In this document: positions 7,526 to 13,783 of the stretch, in pieces | How positions within the stretch are numbered: the first letter of the stretch is position 1 | How the letters are laid out: the number at the start of each line of letters is the position of its first letter | DNA from: Deltaproteobacteria bacterium | GTDB lineage: Bacteria > Myxococcota_A > Polyangia > Nannocystales > Nannocystaceae | Assembly (NCBI GenBank): GCA_022601155.1 | Contig: JAHZJA010000309.1 | Coordinates: forward strand, 1 to 17,444 | Direction: 5' to 3' | DNA: 17,444 bases | Program-made: the position numbers and the translations under genes | The notes under the pieces: model-generated | The model's database searches: none | The model's input: only the letters and a program-made list of their open reading frames with translations | Told to the model about the DNA's origin: nothing

Positions 7526-7620
7526 CACCGCCATCATAACCGTGCGAGTGGGACCCGGCCGCGTGGTACAAACCACACCGGGACACTCGCTAGTTGGAAA
7601 CGCCGACGCCGGATCCCGAG

Positions 7621-10600
7621 ATGACCGTCCAGACGGTCGACACGCTCGGACACGCCATCGACGGGGCCCTGCACTGGGATGCCATCGAGGAGCATCGTGC
7701 GCTGGCCCAGATCGAGCAGAAGATGTTCGCGCGCGCGCGCGATCCGGTGCGCCTGTCTCGGTATCTGCTGCTGCGCCCCCTCGGCTCGGGCGGCACGGGG
7801 GTGGTCTACGACGGCTACGATCCCGAGCTGGCGCGGCGGGTGGCGGTCAAGGTGTTGCGAGCGGGCCGCAAGAACCTCGAGTCGGTGGTGCGGGCCCGCG
7901 CCCGGTTCGTTCGCGAGGCGCAATCGATCGCTCGGCTGTCGCATCCCAACGTGATCGCCGTCCACGACGTGGGGACCTATGCCCCCGAGGACCTCAGTCG
8001 CGAGGCCCGTCAGGGGCTCGAGCACGGCAGCGACGACGCGGGCGTGTTCATCGTGATGGAGCTGGTCGACGGCCATGACGCCAGCACGTGGCTCGAGCGT
8101 GAGCGCCGGGGTTGGCGTGAGGTCCTCGATGTGTTCCTGGCGGCCGGGCAGGGCCTGGCCGCGGCCCATGCCGCAGGAATCGTCCACCGCGATTTCAAGC
8201 CGGGTAACGTCCTCGTGGGTGAGGACGGCCGGGTCAAGGTGGTGGACTTCGGGCTGGCCGTGACCTATGGCGGCAGCGTGTCCGAGTCGCCGACCGGTGA
8301 CGTCGACACCCTCACCCCGGTGCCCTCGGAGTTGGCCAGCCTGACCAGCTCCAGCGCGGGTGAGGACGAGCCGCCGCTCGACAAGCTCACCCGGACGGGC
8401 ACCCTGCTGGGAACTCCCGCGTACATGGCTCCCGAGCAGCACCGGGGCGAGCCTGCCGATCAAAAAGCCGATCAGTTCGCGTTTTGTGCCTCGCTGTATC
8501 GTGGGCTCTACGGCCGGCACGCGTTCGCTGGGCGTCAGGTCGAGGCGCTGTTCGCCAGCAAGATCGAGGGCAAGGTCCGTCCTCCGCCCGACGACTCGCG
8601 TGTGCCCGCGTGGGTCCATCGGGTGGTGATGCGGGGCCTGGCGACCGAAGCGGACGATCGGTTCGCGAGCATGGAGGAGCTGCTGCGCATGCTTCGGGCC
8701 GACCCGGCGCTGCGCTGGCGCCGTGCGGCTCGGCTGGTGGCCATTCCGCTGGCGGTAGGCGCACTGGGCTACGCGGGCTTCGTGGCGACCCGCCCCGGTC
8801 GCGTGGTGGTGAGCACGGGGGCCGCAGGTCGGCCCGTGCCTGGCGTGCAGGTCTACGTGGACGAGCACGAGCTGCCGGGCGGACGTGGTGAGGTGGCGGC
8901 GGGGCTGCACCGCGTGCGAGCGGTCGCGCCCGCGTACCAGCCCGTGGAGACGGTGGTCGACGTCAGTCGCGGGGGCGTGCACGAGGTCGCGCTCGAGCTT
9001 CAGCACGAGCAGGGCGTGTTCGATCTCGAGCTGGAGCCGGGGGGGGGCCGGGTGCTGGTCGACGGGGTCGACTACGGCTCTCGACTGACCAACCTGCGGG
9101 TCGACACCGGTCCCCACGAGATCGTCGCGCGGCACGTGGGCTATGTGGACGAGCGACTGTCGTGGGACGCGGTCGCAGGGGAGACCAAGCGCGGGTTCGT
9201 GGCGCTGCGCAAGGCGCTGGCCTGGTCGCGGCCGGCCTCGGGAACGTTCCTGTTCAATACCTGGCTGGGCGACATCAACGGCGATGGGCTCGACGATCTG
9301 GTCGCGCGGCGGTTCACCACACTGACCGCGTACGATCCGTGGAACGACCGCGAGCGTTGGCGCATCGTGCTGGGCCTCAGCCCGTTTTTTCGTACGTGTG
9401 ATGTCGACGGCGACGGAACCCTCGACGTGGTGACCCTGCGCGCGGAGAAGACGGGCGTGGCGCTTCAGGCCTACTCGGGCCGAACGCAGCAACGCCGGCC
9501 CGACCCGAGCTGGTCGGTGCCCTTGCCTTCGGTCGCGTTCGATACGGAGCTGGAGCACCCGCCCGGAGACCTCACCTGCATCCCGCGGGCTGGCGGGGGT
9601 GATGATCTGGGGGTGGTCCTGACCTCGGGTCGAGTGATGCGAGCGGCGGGTGGCGACGGCTCGATCATGTGGTCGCAGATGCAGGACGAGCCTGCGGTCC
9701 ACGTGCTGATGCTGGAGCCGGGCTCCGCACAGCCGAGCCTCGTGGCGGTGGGACAGCGCGGTGTTCGTGCCCATGCAGCAGACGACGGGCATCTGTTGTG
9801 GTCTCAGCCGCTTCAGGTGGCGCGCATGGATGCCTCGGGCGAGATCGCTCCACAGTGGCACACGGCCAGCGAACGCATCCACAACGAAGGCCAAGCCTGG
9901 GCGGTCGCGGCCGACATCGGGTTCGAGCGCGAGGATGTCTTGGTGCAGGCCGCCGGCGAGGGGGCATCGCCGTACGCCCTGGTGGCGCTGTCGGGCATCG
10001 ACGGCCACGAGCTGTGGCGAGCGGACAGCGCTCACATGGTCAACCTCGCGGCCGGCCGACTGGGTGATGCCGATGGCGACGGCGGGTTGGACGTGTTGCT
10101 GCCGCGTGGAGAAGGCCCCGACACCATCAACCTGGTCTCGGGTCGGAGCGGTCGGACCTTGTGGTCACGACCGGCGGTTCGGTTGGCCCGGATGCTCGCG
10201 ACCGCCCCCGAGCTGTTGGTGGTGGAGATCGATGGCAATGCCGTCGTGCTGGTCGACGGCGCGACCGGGAGGCAGGTCGCCAACACCCAGGTACCGTCGC
10301 CGCTGATGGCGACGGCGGCGGTCTACGACTGGGATGGTGATGCACGCCTCGATGTCTTACTGGGCACGCGTGATGGCGTGCTGTGGGCATTCGATACCCG
10401 GCTGCGTCGGCTGGGGACGGTACCGCTGACGATCCCGCTCAGTAGGATCTCGGCCGATCGTGACGCCAACCACGACGGCTTTGCGGACATCTTGCTGCAG
10501 GCACGTGGCCCCGCGGTGTTGGTGGGCCCCAAGGTTCGCTGGGAGCGACGTCCGCTCGATGCGATTCGGGCCACCCCGGTGGTGGCCGATCTCGATGGTG

Positions 10601-11673
10601 ACCGGCAGCCCGAGGTGGCGCTGTTCGGCACGCTGGCCAGCAGCAATCGGCTCGAGATCCTCGATGCCCGCACCGGGTTGGTGGAGGCCTCCAGCACCGC
10701 GTCGGAGACCCCCATCGTGATTCGTCCCCCGGCCGTGATTCGGGCCGCGCAAGGGGCGGACTTGCTCGCGGTCGGAGGCGGGATCAAGCGGTACTCGGGT
10801 CGGGATGCTTCGCTGCTGGGTTCGTTCGCCACGCGCACGGCCTACGCCAGTCCGACGGTGGCCGACCTCGATGGCGATGGTCGTGACGAGATCCTCATGG
10901 TCAGCTGGCAGGACCCGGGGGTCCTGTACGTCATCGACGTGGAGACGCTCGAAGCTCGGTGGAGCCGCGAGCTCGGTCCCACCGGGTCGTTCGATGCACC
11001 CTACGTCGGCGACGTCGACAAGGACGGCGAGCTCGATCTGTTGATCGCCACACTGGGGGGGAAGGTGCTGTGCTTGTCCCGTGATGGCACCCCCAAGTGG
11101 GAGGCCGAGATTGGCGGTCGGCTCAACCATCGTCCGACGGTGGCCGACCTCGACGCCGATGGCACCCAGGAGGTGATGGTGGCGCCCCAAGACGACACCG
11201 ACCCACTGGTGGTGCTGCGGGGTACAGATGGCGTGGAGATTGCGCGGTGGCCTGGGGTCGCCAGTCGCCGGACGCGTCCGCTGGCCAGCGATCTCGATGG
11301 CGACGGGCGACCCGAGATCTTGACGTCCAGCGAGGACCGCGGCCTCATCAGCCTCGCGGGGGACGGGAGCATTCGCTGGCGCTACGGTTTCGCGGATGCG
11401 GACGGCTTGCAGCCGGCCGGGACCGCATCGCCCGTGCTGGCCGATCTCGACCGTGACGGGCGTCCGGAGCTCATCGCGGGCTTCGAGGACGGCTCCCTTC
11501 ATGTCGTCGACGCCCGCGATGGGACCCTGGTGTGGCGGTTCAGTATCGGCCGCGAGGAGATCGAGGCCTCGCCCGCCGTGGCCGATGTCGACGGCGACGG
11601 CGATCTCGAGGTGGTCATCGCCGGGCATGACCGGCAGCTGCTGTGCCTGGATCACCGCCCCGGTGGCGGCTAG
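7621..11673 (+). CDS. Receptor-type Ser/Thr protein kinase: cytoplasmic Hanks kinase domain, one TM segment, two PEGA-like domains, and a large extracytoplasmic FG-GAP/PQQ-like beta-propeller repeat region
   Basis: The track ORF starts at a TTG at 7594. The first ATG is at 7621, and another in-frame ATG lies at 7723. Kinase motifs:
- G-loop LGSGGTGVV
- VAVK Lys codon at 7849..7851
- HRDFKPGN, with HRD at 8185..8193
- DFG at 8245..8253
- GTPAYMAPE, with APE at 8428..8436
The TM segment is AARLVAIPLAVGALGYAGFVA. After it come repeated DxDxDG-type loops alternating with G..LW strands through to the C-terminus. Confidence 0.9.
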   Translation: MTVQTVDTLGHAIDGALHWDAIEEHRALAQIEQKMFARARDPVRLSRYLLLRPLGSGGTGVVYDGYDPELARRVAVKVLRAGRKNLESVVRARARFVREAQSIARLSHPNVIAVHDVGTYAPEDLSREARQGLEHGSDDAGVFIVMELVDGHDASTWLERERRGWREVLDVFLAAGQGLAAAHAAGIVHRDFKPGNVLVGEDGRVKVVDFGLAVTYGGSVSESPTGDVDTLTPVPSELASLTSSSAGEDEPPLDKLTRTGTLLGTPAYMAPEQHRGEPADQKADQFAFCASLYRGLYGRHAFAGRQVEALFASKIEGKVRPPPDDSRVPAWVHRVVMRGLATEADDRFASMEELLRMLRADPALRWRRAARLVAIPLAVGALGYAGFVATRPGRVVVSTGAAGRPVPGVQVYVDEHELPGGRGEVAAGLHRVRAVAPAYQPVETVVDVSRGGVHEVALELQHEQGVFDLELEPGGGRVLVDGVDYGSRLTNLRVDTGPHEIVARHVGYVDERLSWDAVAGETKRGFVALRKALAWSRPASGTFLFNTWLGDINGDGLDDLVARRFTTLTAYDPWNDRERWRIVLGLSPFFRTCDVDGDGTLDVVTLRAEKTGVALQAYSGRTQQRRPDPSWSVPLPSVAFDTELEHPPGDLTCIPRAGGGDDLGVVLTSGRVMRAAGGDGSIMWSQMQDEPAVHVLMLEPGSAQPSLVAVGQRGVRAHAADDGHLLWSQPLQVARMDASGEIAPQWHTASERIHNEGQAWAVAADIGFEREDVLVQAAGEGASPYALVALSGIDGHELWRADSAHMVNLAAGRLGDADGDGGLDVLLPRGEGPDTINLVSGRSGRTLWSRPAVRLARMLATAPELLVVEIDGNAVVLVDGATGRQVANTQVPSPLMATAAVYDWDGDARLDVLLGTRDGVLWAFDTRLRRLGTVPLTIPLSRISADRDANHDGFADILLQARGPAVLVGPKVRWERRPLDAIRATPVVADLDGDRQPEVALFGTLASSNRLEILDARTGLVEASSTASETPIVIRPPAVIRAAQGADLLAVGGGIKRYSGRDASLLGSFATRTAYASPTVADLDGDGRDEILMVSWQDPGVLYVIDVETLEARWSRELGPTGSFDAPYVGDVDKDGELDLLIATLGGKVLCLSRDGTPKWEAEIGGRLNHRPTVADLDADGTQEVMVAPQDDTDPLVVLRGTDGVEIARWPGVASRRTRPLASDLDGDGRPEILTSSEDRGLISLAGDGSIRWRYGFADADGLQPAGTASPVLADLDRDGRPELIAGFEDGSLHVVDARDGTLVWRFSIGREEIEASPAVADVDGDGDLEVVIAGHDRQLLCLDHRPGGG
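7762..8700 (+). other. Protein kinase catalytic domain of the receptor kinase
   Basis: The domain runs from YLLLRPLGSGGTG to about EELLRMLRA and contains all the Hanks subdomain motifs listed for the CDS. The DFG-to-APE segment is unusually long (see findings). Confidence 0.85.
8725..8787 (+). other. Single predicted transmembrane segment of the receptor kinase
   Basis: A hydrophobic stretch, AARLVAIPLAVGALGYAGFVA, is preceded by RWRR (positive-inside). It is the only clearly hydrophobic helix-length segment in the protein. Confidence 0.7.
8797..9213 (+). other. Two PEGA-like beta-sandwich domains directly after the TM segment
   Basis: VQVYVDEHELPGGRGEVAAGLHRVRAVAPAYQPVETVVDV and RVLVDGVDYGSRLTNLRVDTGPHEIVARHVGYVDERLSWDAV both fit the PEGA pattern (v.vDG...G.....l..G.h.v.....Gy......v). 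This assignment is by eye only. Confidence 0.5.
9268..11652 (+). repeat. Array of about 12 clear (plus about 2 degenerate) FG-GAP/PQQ-like blade repeats, coding, inside the kinase gene
   Basis: Recurrent loops:
- GDINGDGLDDLV
- CDVDGDGTLDVV
- GDADGDGGLDVLL
- YDWDGDARLDVLL
- DRDANHDGFADILL
- ADLDGDRQPEVAL
- ADLDGDGRDEILM
- GDVDKDGELDLLI
- ADLDADGTQEVMV
- SDLDGDGRPEILT
- ADLDRDGRPELIA
- ADVDGDGDLEVVI
Each is followed by a D/G-G-x-x-x-W strand (DGHLLWSQ, DGHELWRA, GRTLWSRP, DGVLWAF, GTPKWEAE, GSIRWRYG, GTLVWRFS). At the DNA level the motif GCCGAYCTCGAYGGYGAYGG recurs at 10585, 10861, 11143, 11287, 11440 and 11581, with a variant at 11008. The period over the last six units is about 135-153 nt. 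Confidence 0.8.
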
Positions 11674-11692
11674 GAGTACCTAGCGCCATGGT

Positions 11693-11720
11693 TTGATCCG
11701 CCGCGCTCCCCTGCTATTTT
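11693..11720 (+). promoter_or_regulatory. Candidate sigma70-type promoter for the ECF sigma gene (TTGATC-N16-TATTTT)
   Basis: This is a locally AT-rich patch in a very GC-rich window. TTGATC lies at 11693..11698 and TATTTT at 11715..11720, separated by a 16-nt spacer. A GGGAG Shine-Dalgarno-like element follows at 11735..11739, and then an in-frame GTG at 11750. If the promoter is real, the TTG used by the ORF track (11693) is the -35 box rather than a start codon. Confidence 0.4.
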
Positions 11721-11749
11721 GCGGGCCGGGAAGAGGGAGCGACCACCAC

Positions 11750-12388
11750 GTGGATCCGGATATCGAGCTGTTGGACGCATGGAGGTCGGGGGACAACTCT
11801 GCGGGCTCCAAATTGCTGCGGCGGCACTTCCGAACGCTCTTTCGGTTCTTCCGCAGCAAGGTCACCCAAGGGGTCGAGGATCTGGTTCAGCAGACGATGC
11901 TCGCCTGCGCCGAGGGAGCCCACCGGTTTCGCGGTGACTCCAGCTTCAAGACCTACCTGCTGGCCATCGCGCGCACCCAGCTGCTGATGCACCTGCGCAA
12001 GTACTCGCGCAAGGGCAAGCAGCTCGATCAGCTCGAGTCGTCCATCGCCGACGTGCTCGGCTCGCCGTCGGTGGTGGTCGCGGGCAAAGACGAGCAGAAG
12101 CTCGTGCTCACGGCGTTGCGCCACATCCCCATCGATCTGCAGATCGCAGTGGAGCTGCACTACTGGGAAGAGATGCGGATCGACGACATCGCCGTCGTCA
12201 TCGGCGTGCCCTCGGGTACGGTCAAGAGCCGCCTCAATCGAGCGCGACGGCTGGTCCGGGAGTGGATCCTCAAGGCCGAGGCCTACCCGGCCGCGCTGCG
12301 GGAGACGACCGCGGGCGACGTGGAGAACTGGGCCCGCTCGCTGCGCGAGAAGCTGCTCGAAGACAAGGCCGACGACGCCGAGGGCTGA
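11750..12388 (+). CDS. ECF-family (group 4) sigma-70 RNA polymerase sigma factor
   Basis: The track ORF 11693..12388 starts at a TTG. I prefer the GTG at 11750 (VDPDIELLDAWRSGDNSAGSKLLRRHF), which gives the usual ECF N-terminus and has an upstream GGGAG. Region 2 reads VEDLVQQTMLACAEGAHRFRGDSSFKTYLLAIARTQLL. The region 4.2 HTH reads MRIDDIAVVIGVPSGTVKSRLNRARRLV. About 40 aa of charged C-terminal tail follow region 4. Confidence 0.85.
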   Translation: MDPDIELLDAWRSGDNSAGSKLLRRHFRTLFRFFRSKVTQGVEDLVQQTMLACAEGAHRFRGDSSFKTYLLAIARTQLLMHLRKYSRKGKQLDQLESSIADVLGSPSVVVAGKDEQKLVLTALRHIPIDLQIAVELHYWEEMRIDDIAVVIGVPSGTVKSRLNRARRLVREWILKAEAYPAALRETTAGDVENWARSLREKLLEDKADDAEG

Positions 12389-12409
12389 GACGGGCGGGGG
12401 CCTGTGTCA

Positions 12410-12423
12410 CACGCGGCCGCGTG
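12410..12423. other. Perfect 14-nt palindrome CACGCGGCCGCGTG in the 51-nt gap between the convergent sigma and lipoprotein genes
   Basis: Read directly from the sequence: the reverse complement of CACGCGG is CCGCGTG. It could form a short GC hairpin in transcripts from either strand. There is no U-tract, so its role as an intrinsic terminator is doubtful. Confidence 0.3.
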
Positions 12424-12439
12424 CCCGGCCGCTCGCTCG

Positions 12440-13387
12440 TCACATCGGAAGGGCGCACACCCCGACGTCTTCGTATCCGGGCAGCGGCACCTCGTCGCGG
12501 CTCTCGTACCAAGACTGACAGGTCTGCCCGTCGGGCGCGCCCGTGCACTGGGCATCGCCGGCCGGGTCGGTGATGTCGCAGACCTCGGCGCAGCAGCCCG
12601 CGGAGCCCGTGCAATCGGGGGTCGCAGCTACGCCGAAGCAGATGAGGCCGGGATTGCAGACGTTGATGAACTCGCAAGGGTCGCCGTGGGCACCCATATC
12701 CCCAGAAGCATCGGGAGCGCAGACCCATGAACTCGAGACCGGGTAGCACGCCTGGTCTTGCGGACAGTCTTGTTGGAGTGGGTCACACACGGGCAGGCAC
12801 CACATGACGGCGCTGCCGCCATCGATGGAGCACTGGGTGTCAGGGTCTTCGCACACGGGGTTGCCCCGCGTTCCGGTGCACATCCCCACGCAGGTGCCGG
12901 TGTTGGTCTTGGGATCGACGTCCCAGCACACGGAGCCCAACTCGCAGTCGTCCACGCCGCTGGTGTCAGAGCCTTCGACCATGCAGGGATCCCCGGGCTC
13001 GCCGGGGTTGTCGGCAATGGGGGAGCAGCGTGTGGCGTTCCATGCTCCGCCGCCGTCGTCGGCCCACGGCATGCATTTTTGGCCCTCGGGGCAGTCCTGA
13101 GTGAACAGATCGCACACGAACCCGCCCTGTCCACCGTCGTGCTCGGGGACGAACCCGCCGCTGTCGGTACTGGGATCCAGCGTGGTCCCGAGCGCGCTGG
13201 TGCCAGGGAGCATCGTGGTGTCTGCCCGACCCCCGGTGTCGGTGGTGGTCACCGAACCGGTCGATGCGTCGTGGGTGGTGTTCTCCGCGTCCGCGGAGGT
13301 GTTGGTCTGAGCGGGCTGGACCGCTCCGCATCCACCGAGCGCGAGTGCCACGGACATGACTGCCGTGCGATGGTGGTCCTCGAGCAT
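12440..13387 (-). CDS. Cysteine-rich secreted lipoprotein with a Thr/Ser-rich linker and two tandem homologous Cys-rich domains; function unknown
   Basis: The track ORF 12440..13456(-) starts at a TTG. The ATG at 13387..13385 gives MLEDHHRTAVMSVALALGGC, with the lipobox-like LGGC (Cys codon at 13330..13328). A Thr/Ser/Asp/Gly-rich linker of about 70 aa follows. After that come 26 Cys residues arranged in two related modules starting CDLFTQDCPEGQKC and CDPLQQDCPQDQAC. Confidence 0.7.
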   Translation of the reverse strand: MLEDHHRTAVMSVALALGGCGAVQPAQTNTSADAENTTHDASTGSVTTTDTGGRADTTMLPGTSALGTTLDPSTDSGGFVPEHDGGQGGFVCDLFTQDCPEGQKCMPWADDGGGAWNATRCSPIADNPGEPGDPCMVEGSDTSGVDDCELGSVCWDVDPKTNTGTCVGMCTGTRGNPVCEDPDTQCSIDGGSAVMWCLPVCDPLQQDCPQDQACYPVSSSWVCAPDASGDMGAHGDPCEFINVCNPGLICFGVAATPDCTGSAGCCAEVCDITDPAGDAQCTGAPDGQTCQSWYESRDEVPLPGYEDVGVCALPM

Positions 13388-13748
13388 GTGCAACCCAACC
13401 TGTGGTGGGCACTGTGCGCCCACGTTCACTGTGGGCTGAAAGGAACGAGCGCACAACGGGCTGCACCATGTCGACGATCGACGTCCGCGAAATGGTGTTC
13501 CTCGACGGACTTATGGTGGGGTGCACGTGGCTCGTACCGACTGTCTCGGGGCCTACCTGTCGGCATGGCATCGGCGTACGGGCGAGTCGAGCCCAGGTCG
13601 GCCTCGGCTCGTGTGGTGGCGCAGCTGTGGCCCGGGGCCTCGAACGTGTCGTCAGCCCGCGCGACGAAGCCGAGGGCTCGGGGGTCCTTGTCGCGCGCAC
13701 GTGCGCGTGGACGCGCTGACGGCGTGGAGTGACGAGTACGACACCGTC

Positions 13749-13780
13749 ATGACCGATGAGGGGTTCGGGCCGTCGGTCAT
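13749..13780 (-). terminator. Possible stem-loop just downstream of the PrsW-family gene (ATGACCGA-N16-TCGGTCAT)
   Basis: A perfect 8-bp inverted repeat lies at 13749..13756 and 13773..13780, starting 4 nt after the stop codon at 13784..13786. No U-tract follows on the minus-strand transcript, so this is a weak terminator call. Confidence 0.3.
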
Positions 13781-13783
13781 CGG

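Noticed and set aside
7534-10035. 833-aa minus-strand ORF, along with 10357..11655(-) and 10323..10838(-), antisense to the kinase gene
   Set aside because: These are antisense frames of a gene with clear kinase and FG-GAP motifs. Their translations are Arg/Pro/His-rich with no recognisable domains. Long antisense ORFs are expected when third positions are almost all G or C.
10585-11601. Regularly spaced ~20-nt DNA motif (GCCGAYCTCGAYGGYGAYGG every ~140-150 nt or multiples) that could superficially resemble a repeat-spacer array
   Set aside because: The copies are degenerate, in-frame and encode the ADLDGDG loops of the propeller blades. This is protein-repeat periodicity, not a CRISPR array or REP-type element.
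13480-13501. ECF-type promoter look-alike upstream of the Cys-rich lipoprotein gene (minus strand, GGAAC ... CGTC)
   Set aside because: The spacer between GGAAC and the first CGTC is 13 nt, and about 20 nt to the second. Neither is the 16-17 nt typical of ECF promoters, so this is probably coincidental.
13402-13719. 105-aa plus-strand ORF (or its 83-aa ATG-started version from 13468) in the prsW/lipoprotein gap
   Set aside because: The translation has no motif, signal peptide or TM character. Third-position GC is clearly lower than in the confirmed genes by my count. It is kept only as a low-priority item under the intergenic finding.
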